Assembly (NCBI GenBank): GCA_965644315.1
Contig: CBFFRQ010000053.1
Location: 372,001 to 436,000, forward strand
DNA from: Caecitellus pseudoparvulus
Lineage: Eukaryota > Protista > Bigyra: Bicosoecida
Direction: 5' to 3'
DNA: 64,000 bases
The notes under the pieces: model-generated
Told to the model about the DNA's origin: nothing
Databases searched by the model: none
What the model saw: only the letters and a program-made list of their open reading frames with translations
Made by a program: the position numbers and the translations under genes
In this document: positions 34,010-44,800 of the stretch, in pieces
Position numbering within the stretch: position 1 is the stretch's first letter
Layout: the number at the start of each line of letters is the position of its first letter

Positions 34010-35858
34010 ATGCCAAAGCGCGCAAAGAAAGAGCCCCTCCCGCCGCCTTCTGATGTGGATTTGAATCCGGAGATCACGAAGGTCTGTCTCGCGCTGTGAA
34101 CGAGCGACATCCGCGACCTGGCGGATCAGGGCTGCGTTTCGGCGTTTCACCCATTTTCACCGCGCAACTCGTTTGAAGCTGCAAAGCCCCAGCTGCTCCC
34201 GCCTCGCAGCGCATTCAAGCACTGTCCAACAAGTTCAAGGCAGAGCGTGACTTCATGCGGCAGCGCTCCTACGCAAAGGTGAAGGATGTGTGTGCGGCCG
34301 CCAACACGTCAGCTTGGACCATTTGCGTGGTGTTGCCTCGTGCGCAGGCAGCGGCAGCTCTGGCTGAATTTGGATGGGTCATCACCCTCGACAACTACAA
34401 GCGAGCAGGAGAGCTCAAGGGTGTGGGCAAGGGCACAGTTGCGAAGATTGAAGAGTTCCTCACCACCGGTGAAATTCAAGAGGTTGCAGAGTTCCTGGAT
34501 GATCCTGTGGAAAAAGCGGCCACTGAGCTGGGCAAGGTGCATGGCATTGGCACGAAGAAGGCAGGCGAGTTGGCGGCAGCAGGCATAAGGGGCATCGCTG
34601 ACCTCCGCTCCAGGCCAGACACAGTGGAGGGCTTGAACGAGGTGCAGCGCAAGGGCTTGCGCTGGGTTCGCGAGATGCACACGCCCACGGCGCGCAAGAC
34701 ACTCGAGCAGCTGCGCGACAGCATGACAGCAGCTGTGCGGGCAGCAGATGCAGGTTTCCAGCTCACTTTTGCCGGGGCTTTTCGGCGAGGAGAGGCTGAG
34801 CTAGGCGCGGGGGAAACCTTGCCCATTATGGTCACCCACACAGAGCACACAATGGACGACCCCAACGCTGTCAGCCGGGTACTGAAACGGGATCCAGACG
34901 CGAACAGAGGCCCTGCCAAGCTCGGCGAAGTGTACAGCATCCTAAAGACAGCTGGCTTCATTGTGGAGGACCTGGAGGGGGGCACGCTGACCCGCACGTG
35001 CCTCGTGATGGACCCAGCCGCGGCGGCAGTCTACAACACGCCACCTCCTGTTGGCGAGAGCGCCTCTGCCAAGGAGGTAATTCAGGGTGATGCTGCTGTT
35101 GAGGGAGCTGTGGGTGCAGGGGGCGGCAGTTCGCCGGTCGCTGCTGCCCCCAAGCCTGCCCCCGTCGCCGCAGCCGGGCTCGCCATCCCCGACCTGGATG
35201 ACGCCGAGGAAGCAAGCGAAGCAGCGGCCACTTCGGTGCAGGGTGTTTGGTCCAAGCACGGCGGCCTCAAAGCGGCTAGGGCAGCGGTTGGTCAGACACT
35301 CGGAGGGCGCAAGCGCCGAGCTGATGGCCCAGCTGTGGAAATGCTGCAGGAGGCCGATGAAGCCAGCGAGGACGCAGGCCCGCTGCAGCCCATCGACGGC
35401 CCATGCCCCGTCACGATCACGCTGAACATTGTCCCTGCAAATTTTGCAGTTCCCGCGTTGTTTGCACTCACTGGGCCCCAGGATTTTGTTCTGAACGTCG
35501 GCACCGCGGCCCGCAAGGTTGGCTACCGCCTAACGAAGTACGCGCTTTGCCGCATCACAGCTCTGGAAGGCGCAGATGGGGAAACCAAACACATCCAAGC
35601 AGGAGGTGCGTGTCCAGGCGTGCGCACATCGAAACAAGGCGGCACCTCGCCGTCCCCCCCCCTTGCCTTCACACAGAGACAGCTATCCCCCCTCCCAAGT
35701 TTGGCAAGGCGAAAGAGGTGCTCGGCCCAGTCATTCCTTTGGAGTCGGAGCAGGACTTGTTCAGCAGGCTGGCGTCCGAGTTCGTACCCCCCAGCAAGCG
35801 TGCTGCGGGCCGCACGCTCGTCCCCTTGCCTGCTGGTGCAGCTGCGTCAAGCCAATGA
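34010..35858 (+). CDS. DNA polymerase family X (Pol beta-like) protein, predicted polymerase-inactive; multi-exon
   Basis: Lyase domain YAKAAAAL...LKGVGKGTVAKIEEFLTTGEI, second HhH VHGIGTKKA, LNEVQRKGL, AGAFRRG and C-terminal SEQDLFSRLASEFVPPSKR. The GDxD and RIDI aspartates are absent. Confidence 0.85.
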
Positions 35859-35868
35859 CAGCACACGG

Positions 35869-36497
35869 CTACCATTCTGTGCTGGCGTCGGAGCCTGCCA
35901 CTGCACTGAATGCAGACGACGCAGACATGTGACTGCCCATGTCACCATGTCCGTCAAGACTGAGCATGGCCGTGCCAAGAGAGCCTTCGCTTGGCTCCGC
36001 GTCTGCTTCCTCTTCCATGCCAGCTTCATCAGCTGACGGGGCGTCGCCGGGGAAGGTTGTGTCCACCACCTGCGCCACACTTCCAGCTTCATCGGCGGCG
36101 AACTCCCACGCTTGCCGGCACATCGGGCACGACGGGATGTCGTCGCGTGAGGATTCCAGCCACTTCATAATGCACTGCATGTGGAACACGTGCTTGCACT
36201 GTCCCCAGCCTGAAAACGAGCCACGTGGGGCGGGCTGCGCTTGGCGTTACTCTCGAAACGCCTGCATTGGCACGTACAGGGCGGGCACTCGTCGCCTGGA
36301 AACTTGCAATTGGGCGCGCAGGCGTCGAAAGGCTCCTGACAGATGCCACAGATGTCGTCCTTGACGTTCCACTTCCATATGGCAACATCGTCCCACTCTG
36401 CGCGTGCGTCGCAAAACCGAGCCTCGTGCGGCAGCCTGTGCCAGCAAGTCAGACCCGGGCACGTACCTAAGATGTCCACTTTCACAGTAGAAGCCAT
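35869..36497 (-). CDS. ANAPC11: Anaphase-promoting complex subunit 11 (RING-H2), 3 exons, with an acidic C-terminal extension
   Basis: WKWNVKDDICGICQEPFDACAPNCKFPGDECPP|CWGQCKHVFHMQCIMKWL...CPMCRQAWEF is the canonical APC11 pattern; GT-AG introns restore the frame. Confidence 0.93.
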
Positions 36498-36724
36498 GAT
36501 TCTCTCTCGCCGGGGAGTGCTGGGCGGTTAGAGAGGCTTTCATGCAGCTTCTGGCGCCGGGGGCGGACCCTTTTAACGACTATTGAGATATGCTCGGTAG
36601 AATCTTTAGTGCTGGGTTCGCCATGTCCTCTCTCTTGCAAGGCCGCCTGTGGTGGCACAGTACCTCGCAAATTGCAAACGACCACTTCACTGACCGGGAC
36701 AGAGAAACAGGCAAAGCAACAACC

Positions 36725-38889
36725 ATGCTTCGCGCCGCTCGAGCTGGGTGGCATGCCGCCCGCTGTGGTGTTCGCTTGCCATGCCGCCACTTGAGCTTGT
36801 TGCCGGAAGGGCAGCCTGTGAGCCACGAGACCTTCGCGCAGCTCATGGAGCAGCTGCCCGAACATGGGCAAGTGCCTGGCACTGACCCAGTGGCGGTGGC
36901 GGTGAGCGGTGGGCCTGATAGTATGGCATTGGCTTTTCTGGCCCACAACTACCTGAAGCAGCTGGGTGTGCCGAGTGTGGCGCTGTGTGTGGATCACGGC
37001 TTGCGCCAAAGCAGTGCTGATGAAGCCAGGCTCGTTGCAGACACTGTCGCTTCGTGGGGCATGGTGGCTAAGGTCAAGAAACTTAAGTGGGAACATGGAG
37101 CCCCCGAAACAGGCAAGCTTCAGGAACTTGCCCGGGAACAGCGCCAGCAAGCAGTGGCTGCAATGGCAGCCAATGTGAAAGCCAAGTGAGTGCGGAAACT
37201 GAACCGCCACAACGGCGGGCGGCGTGAACACACAGCCGCGTGAACACCACAGGCATGTGCTTTTCGGCCATCAAGCTGATGACAACATTGAGACGTTCCT
37301 CATGAGGTGAGTGGTCGGCTGATGTGAAGCGTGCATGAGGAGCACGGTGCACCTGCTCACGTCACAGGCTGGGTCGGGCAAGCGGCACCGTGGGTCTGGG
37401 AGCCATGTCCTCTGTCGCGGCCCTGACAGGGACATCGCCAGTGAAGGCCCTGCGGCCCTTACTGCAGGTTCCCCGCAGTGCGCTGCGTGCTACCTGTGAG
37501 CACCACGGGATCCCGTTCGTGGACGATCCGTCCAACAACGACAGTGACTTTGACCGAGTTAGAGCCCGTGAGGCAGGCTTGGGCCTGCCTCGGCAAGGGG
37601 ACGGACCGACAGAAGCACCGAGCAAGGAAGATGTGCTGGAGTTGGCGGCATTTCTGGCGCGCTCTCGGTCCGAGACGGAGGATGCGGTGGACGCTGTGCT
37701 GGCTCGCAGTACCTCTGCCGTGCTGCGGTGGGGAGCCATGAAGGTGGACGTGGCAGCGCTCCTGCACGGACCTGGCAGCCGCTCAGAGAAACAAGCGGCG
37801 CTGCGGCGCGTTGTGGAGGTGATGTCAGGGCGGGGAAAGGCAGTGCGAGCGAGCTCTGCGGAGAACGTGTTTGCTTGGCTGGAGGCGCGGCACGCCGAGT
37901 ATGTTGAGACCCGCGATGCCCTGCACGCGATGCGGGTGGGGGAGCGGCGCTCCACGCCCACGCAACGCAATGAGCTACGCAGTGCGCTCACTCGGGTGCT
38001 GGATGTGCAAACATCTTTGGGGGGCTGCATCTTGGCACCGCTGCGGCCGCAGCGCCTGCGGGAGAAGCTGCCAGGCACGGACACCTTTGCCCGCAGCACG
38101 CCCAATTTGCAAGCTCCCATGGAGCTCATTGTGTCCCCTGAGCGCTCCAACCGGTACAGCATGGTGGGCTCGCCCGGGCCAGCGACCGAGGAGGCAGCGC
38201 CCAAGCTGCAGCCGAATGGTGCGTGGGTGCAAGGAGTCCTGGGGCGCTGGAATGTGAGTGCCACGTACAGCGACGAGCCCGAAGGGCAGGCAGCGCTTGG
38301 AAAGCCATTCAGGCCCAACCGCCGGCCACGTGGGGCGCCCGGCGTGGAGGTCCCGCCAGCTCTCGCGGAGCTCGTTGTGCGCCGATTGACTCCCTACTCC
38401 TGGGACGAGCTGCTGCACCTGCATCCGTGGCTGAAGATGCAACTTCGAGCGCCGAACCACATGCTGAAGTGGGGCCTGCCAGTTGTCTGCCGCGACGTGG
38501 ACTTGGCCGACCCGCGGATTCTGTGGCTGACCATGCGCAACCACATGCACCACTCGGACCAACGCTCGTCCTTCGCGCGGAGGCAGCAGAACATGGTGCA
38601 GATGGAGGCGCGCTTGGGCGCAGAGAACTATGCAGAGCTCGTGCAGGCCCTGCCGTCGCGCTGGCGCAGCATGACGCAGGAAGCGGTCGCGGCGCTGTCC
38701 GTCGTCGCTGTGCCTGGCACGCGCAGCACCATCGTTCCAGGGCTTCGTGCGTACAGCAATTTTGCCCCTAGGCACTTGCTGTACAACTGCCAGCGCAGCA
38801 TGCAAGTGCCAAGGGGCTTTAAGGTGCCTGACCACTTGAAGGCGGGCGTGGCAGAGTGGGCTGCATCCAGGGATGGCTGGGGCCAGTGA
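36725..38889 (+). CDS. tilS: tRNA(Ile)-lysidine synthase, probably mitochondrion-targeted (3 exons)
   Basis: PP-loop VAVSGGPDSMAL, VDHGLR, AREQR, small exon HVLFGHQADDNIETFLMR, RPLL, FVDDPSN..F.RVR; Arg/Ala-rich presequence-like N-terminus MLRAARAGWHAAR. Confidence 0.88.
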
Positions 38890-39167
38890 TTCTGCCTCGC
38901 ACACCGGTGGGGAGCGGCAAATTCCGTGACGCAGCCGAGCAAGCCACGCGGCTTGACGTGGAATACACCCCTGGGCAGGGCTCGGGGCTGGAGCACGTGC
39001 TGGTCTTTGCCCCTCGCTGCTTCGCGGCCCGCTGCGCTGGCCTGTCATGGTGGACTTGCCCAGTCCATGGCAGCCGCCGTTCACACGTAAGGCGTTCAAG
39101 GCATTTGACGACGCATCTCGGGCGCAGCTATGCGAGCCCGATTTTGGAGCTCCCCATCTGACCCTCT

Positions 39168-40138
39168 TCATGGTTGTGCGTGCCTCCTTACGGCTTGGGG
39201 TCCTCGCACCGCGATGCCTCGTGTCCAAGCAGTTTCCGCAGCGCTCCATCCCGCCCTGCAACCCCATGCCATCGCAGTCCAGCGAACTGTGCGACTCTGA
39301 CCACCCTGAAATTCAAGCAGCAGCACGTGACATCGTGGATCCGCAAGCCACTGGGCGCCAAGCTGCGGACTCCATCCGGCAGTTTGTTCGGAATCAAGTT
39401 CGGTATGTGCTGCGACCCAAGGAGTGGAGAGCGAGCCAGGTGTTGCTGGCCCGGGAGGGCATGTGCACGAACAAAGCCATGCTGCAGGTGGCGCTGTGCA
39501 GGGCTGCTGGCCTGCCAGCTGGCTTCGTCATCACCCACCTGACCAAGCAGGTGTATGCGGTGGACCCAGACTTTGATCGGGAATTGCTGGATCGCATTCA
39601 TGAACCCACGGTGCACTGCTTTGCAGCGGTATGGATTCCGGAAGAGGCCGCGTTTCGACTCTACGATGCGACAGAAGAGGAGAGGCCTGGTTCACCCTTC
39701 CTCTCCCCTTCCTCACCGGCCGCCGCGCCGACTCAGGGGGTGCGACGCACCCCAGGTCCACCAGCGGCGAGCGGTGGACTGCGCTCCAACCCAGACGCTG
39801 GGGGGGACACTGCCGGGGGGTACCTCACCACAATGCTGGAGCTACCCGCGACAGGTGAGACCCGCTTCCAAGCCAGGTGGCTTGCAGGGCCCTTTAGCCC
39901 AGTGCAGAGCAACATCGACGCGTTGCTTCTGCGGGTGCCGTACCGCAACAACAAGGGTGCTGGCCTCGAGCGGCAAAACGCCAGGTTCAGGGGCCTCAGC
40001 GCAAGCAGCAAGGCACAAGATGAGCGAGCAGCGTGGAAGCGGACGAGGGTTGTGTTGGCATCGCTGATTGCCGTTGCTGCAGCTGCCTGTGTAGGCTACA
40101 TGGCGTCACCAACTGCGAAGGGCAGGGGCGCAGCCTGA
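39168..40138 (+). CDS. Transglutaminase-like (Cys-His-Asp) domain protein with a C-terminal TM anchor; start uncertain
   Basis: DSDHPEIQAAA, ASQVLLAREGMCTNKAMLQVALCRAAGLPA (catalytic Cys), HCFAAVWI (His), YDAT (Asp); hydrophobic VVLASLIAVAAAACVGYM near the C-terminus. Confidence 0.8.
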
Positions 40139-40329
40139 GTGCCTTGCTCGCAGCCTGTCATTGCTGGTTAGGTTTCACATTCATCTGGGCAGCACCTCCG
40201 CCACGCGTGCACAACCATGCGGGGCATGTGCTCCCCGAGCAGGTGCTGCGGGTCTTTGCAGACCATTCAGACTGCGCTGCAGTCCCCAGGTTCACCAGCG
40301 TTTCACACGCGTTTCCAGGAGCCGAAACA

Positions 40330-41781
40330 ATGCAGTGCTGTGAGCGCCCTTCAGCAGTCGGTGAAGTGGACGGGGGAGGAAATAGTCTCTTGTCTTTCCT
40401 TGGTTCGTCTGGGTATGCGGTGGTATCTGCAGGGGATCGGATCAGCGTGCTCTCGCTTTCAACGGTGGCAGGCGCCAGCAGGCATGTTGCCACCGTTCAA
40501 CTGCCGCCCCTGACCGAGTCACAACTGGAGATTCAGAGTTTGTGCCACATTGACGGCGCAGCAATGAGCGATGGAGTACTAGCCCACTTGTGCGTGTCTG
40601 GGCGCTGTGGCGCCAAGCCGGTCGTCGCGGGCTTTGCACTGGTATGGTGTGGGGAGGGCCTCGTGGCTCAACTGCGCTTGCTTCGGTGGGGCGAGCAGGG
40701 CAACGGCTCCATGCTTGTGAGCGCCTGTCAAGATCGCTCTGCTGTCATTGCCACGTCAACACACCTTGAGCTGTGGTCGTTTCCAGACGCCGCCGAAGCT
40801 GCCATGGCCACGAAGGCCATCAAGGCTGTGCAGGCTGCCAGCGGGGATGAGGCAGTTTGCTGTCTTGCTGGGTGCCCCAGCAAAGCGCTCTTTGTTGCAG
40901 GGACCTCAGCGGGCAATGTTCACGTGTTCTTCCTCTCCGAGGCGCAGTCCATACGGCTTGTTGGCACTTGCCGCCCGGCAGACCCTTCCGACGCTCCGAC
41001 TGTGGCTCTGTGCCTGCCCATCCCCAGCGCAGTGCCGCCCACAGATGCCAGCTCTGCTGCGCTGGGCAGCACCATGCTTTGGGTCGGGCATGCATCCGGA
41101 GCCCTGAGTGCATTCTGGTTGGGCCACCTGGTGCCCTCATGTGCTGTGGTGGACCCCCCAGTTTCGCAAGGTACTGGGGCGCAGGCAGCCCCTGCCGAAG
41201 CGGCAGGTGGGGCCACAGCGCCTCCCACACAGGCACCATGTGTTGGTCCCATCCCCCCTCTTGCGACTTACCACGCCCTGCATGCTTCTGGATCCCCGGT
41301 GCACGGACTGCTCTGTGTTTCCCGCTTGGCCACTGTCAGCCCCGCAGATGCAGCCGCGCCATACTCGTTGCAGGTGGCAGTGTGGGCGGCAGGCGCAGGC
41401 AGCGCGAAAATCCTGCCCATCACCACACGTCCCCTGCCGCAGGCGTCGTGTAAGACTTCCACGGGGGCTGCACATCTTAGCTTCGCTGAGGTGCTGGCAG
41501 CTAGCACCCCGTCAGAGCGCAAAGCAGCCGGGTGGAGCCACACATACGGGGAAGACGGGCGGCTGGTGTGGACACCACCGCCCCTGCCAGACGAAGCGTG
41601 GAGGTTTGAGAGGTATGCCAGTCCCCCTTCTCTGCAGCAAGCGGTGACTGCGCCCTTCGTTTCCATGGCACCAGACAGTGCCGGGCGAGTCCTCTGCGCC
41701 ACCACGTCTCCCACAGGTGACGCTTTGTTTGCCTTGGCACAGGCAGGCGTGTACGTGACGAAGGGGCCAGCCAGCGAGTGA
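40330..41781 (+). CDS. Uncharacterised beta-propeller (WD40-like) protein; start uncertain
   Basis: Long ORF with beta-propeller-like segments (LFVAGTSAGNVHVF, LWVGHASGALSAFW, HLELWSF). Confidence 0.5.
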   Translation: MQCCERPSAVGEVDGGGNSLLSFLGSSGYAVVSAGDRISVLSLSTVAGASRHVATVQLPPLTESQLEIQSLCHIDGAAMSDGVLAHLCVSGRCGAKPVVAGFALVWCGEGLVAQLRLLRWGEQGNGSMLVSACQDRSAVIATSTHLELWSFPDAAEAAMATKAIKAVQAASGDEAVCCLAGCPSKALFVAGTSAGNVHVFFLSEAQSIRLVGTCRPADPSDAPTVALCLPIPSAVPPTDASSAALGSTMLWVGHASGALSAFWLGHLVPSCAVVDPPVSQGTGAQAAPAEAAGGATAPPTQAPCVGPIPPLATYHALHASGSPVHGLLCVSRLATVSPADAAAPYSLQVAVWAAGAGSAKILPITTRPLPQASCKTSTGAAHLSFAEVLAASTPSERKAAGWSHTYGEDGRLVWTPPPLPDEAWRFERYASPPSLQQAVTAPFVSMAPDSAGRVLCATTSPTGDALFALAQAGVYVTKGPASE

Positions 41782-41811
41782 AGCATGCATTGCCGCCCTC
41801 AGGCACTTGTT

Positions 41812-44800
41812 CTACAACAGCGCTCGGGCCGCTGCGGCCTTCTCTTCGTCGTAGGTGCCCCGTCCGTAAACGACGACGTCAAAGCTGTCTCCTCGGTGGA
41901 CTTCCACCCTGAAGCGGCAGCGGTACAGCGCGTCCGACGTTGGTTTGAACAAGCACGGGAGAGGCAAGGGAGGAAGCCCCCCTGCGCCTGGGGCAGCAGT
42001 GAGCTGCTCCCGTACACCTTCCACCGCCAGTGATTGGGGGGGCGCCGTCGGGCCTTCCAGAGTGCCGGAGGAGGTGGGGAACGAGAACACGGACGGGTCA
42101 TCCACAGGCTGCAGTCCCGCGTATGCCTGAACGGCTGCTTGAGCAGCGGCGCGGGCCCCACTGCCTGCTGTCTCCAGTGGCAGGCCCAAGGACGAAGCAT
42201 CCACAGCCACGCGAGGCAGGGCAGGCGGCCATGGTACGTGCTGCACCGACCACGACGCCTGCACCACGGTGGGATTGCACAATGCAAAGGTGCCACGCGC
42301 AAAATCTTCCACGTGCACTGTGCCTAGGTCCAGGACGGCTGGCTGGGCCACGACCAAGGCCCGCAAGCGCTGCGCACGGAGGATGATGTGCTGGCTGTGC
42401 CCGCTGGCGAAGCGCAGCGCCAGCGCGCCCAGCTCTTCATCGCGCAAGGCAGGACGGGTCACTGCTAGGACACTGCTGCTGCTTGCTGGCGCGGCGTCGG
42501 GGGTGCCTAGCACGCGCCGGGTTGACGTGGCAATGACCTCCTCTGCCCCCGGGCGACCAGAGTAGAACTTTTCTGCCGCCGCGCGCACGACGTCAGCCGT
42601 GTCCCCGACAGCCACCACTAGACTGGGAGGAGCGTTTGCCGGGGCGCCACGGCGTGCTGACGCAGCCCGGCGCGAACGGCTTGTGCTGCCCAGTGTGCTC
42701 CGCAAAGGCACGCTGGTGCTGCCGCCTCTCGAGAAGTCGGGGGCACAGTACTGCACCACCACCTGAATGCTGCTCTGCGGCGGCAAGTTAAACTCACACA
42801 CTGGCAGAGGGGGCGGGGCCGACTCCTGCCCTGCACCTGGTGCGTCGGGCCGAGGCGAGGCCTTGCTCGACTCTTCACCTTCCTCGTCGCTGCTGTCGTC
42901 AGATGCGTGCAGGTCAGGCAACGCTGCCACTGCCATGTCATCACCACGCGCAGGTGGAGCCCGGGAGCTTCCCGAAGGCCCCTTCACTGTGTACGATCCG
43001 GCGCCATGGAGCGTGCTGACACGGAAGCCTTTCCTGGCGAGGGTGGCGGCCGCCCCCGTGGATCCCGCAGGCGGCAGGCGCCGGGTGTTGTCGACAACTT
43101 CGTGGATGGCAAAGGGACCCGCGATATCAAGGTCAAATGCGAGGGGCACTTCCATTGGGTTGCTTAGGGTCAGTGTGCGGAAGTAGGACGCGTGGCCGGC
43201 AGGTGCTGTGACCCAGGCGGAAAACTTCACGACAGGGGGGTGCCCTGGGGCCATGGGCGCCTTGTCCAGAGCCAGGCGCGGGTGTGTAGGCTCCACAGCC
43301 AGGCGAATGCGGAGCAGGTCACGGTGCAGGCACGCCTTGAGCTCTGCCGCTGCTACGCCCGGGTCGGCAGCGTCGCCAAGGCTGATGGCTTCAGAAGACT
43401 CAGACGACTGCTCGGCTGTGCGGCCAGCGCCCACAGAGGCAATGCCTTCCCGCCCGATGGCCAGGGCATGTTGAACCAGTGCCCCAGGAGATGTGGGGCC
43501 ACCGGGGGAGGCGGCCTGGCCCGCACTGGTTGCAGCTGCGACCTCGGACACGGACGTTGGCAGGGGGTCTTCCAGATCCCGCACCAGCTGGGCTTCCGGC
43601 GCAGTGCCCTCTTCAACCCACACCGCATCAGCTGTCAGCATGCCCCGGCGGACGAGCGAAGAGGGGTCCCACCCCAGTGCGCGTGCGAGGTCTCTGTCCT
43701 CGGTGTCGGGCAGCGTGGGCCACGCTTCCACTGAGAACGTCACCTTGCCGTGTGCTGGCACCACAGCTCGCGACGGCGTGATGCGGAAGGGCGGTGGCCT
43801 GGCCGCACCCCCTGCTCGCTCGTCAGCGAGCGACAGCGCTGCTGTGACGCGAGCGTCGCCTGGGGTGAGGGCCACCTTGACAAGGGGAGGCGGCTTTGCT
43901 GGGTCCTGCACCAAGTGCCACAGCAGGTGGGCATCCATTGGAGACGTGTTCTCCAGCGTGACGAGCTTGGTGATGCTGGGTCCGCCCGCAGGCGCCTGTC
44001 CGAACCGCAGCAGAGGCACAGTGCCAGCCCCCCCTGCACCTCGCAGACCCAGCCGAGCTTGCAGAGCGTGCGTGAACCCACCCACGGACACGCCGTCAGA
44101 AGCCGGGCTGCCCCGCAGCAATGCCAGTGTGCCAGGCGGCGCTGGTTCGTTCACACTCAGGCCCGCCACATCAGCGAGCACCTGCAGGGGAGAGCCGCCC
44201 ACCACCGCCGTGATGGGGACTCGGACCGTCTTTGCGCCGTCCAGGCTCAGCACCAGCTCGTCTGTGTAGGTGCCGGGGAAGTCCGAGACGCAGGTGACGG
44301 TGACCTGCGCGCTGCCGAAGGCAGGGACTGCGGCAGTGTCTGGGTCCACCGTGAATGCCACGCCGTTCTGCAGAGCTAACTGCTCCTTCATGACCTCTCG
44401 CTCATCGCGAGCAGAGAGCAGCGCACGCCCCACGCCTGACTGCAGGCGCTCAGCCTTCTCAAAGGCGCCCGCATGCAGGAGCTTCCGGGGCTTGCTGCCA
44501 GAGCCCCAGGTGGAGACCGAGGCGGCGTCGTCCCCCTCCCCACTCTCCACCTGCTGTGCTGCGCGGATGCTGGCGACGAGCAGCGGGCCGGCAGCGAGGG
44601 GGTCGCCCTCGTCATCCGCGGCTAAGATAGCCTTGGCCGCGGAGCGCTTGGACCGAGCAGTGCGGCCCTGCAGCTTGGCGGCGAAGGCCTTGGCCTGGGC
44701 CACCTCTGCTGCGGCAGGGCCGTCCCACACTGGGTACCTGCTCACCCGCGCGCGCAGGGCTGACGGAACGCCCGACAGGTTATACACCGTCACAGTCACG

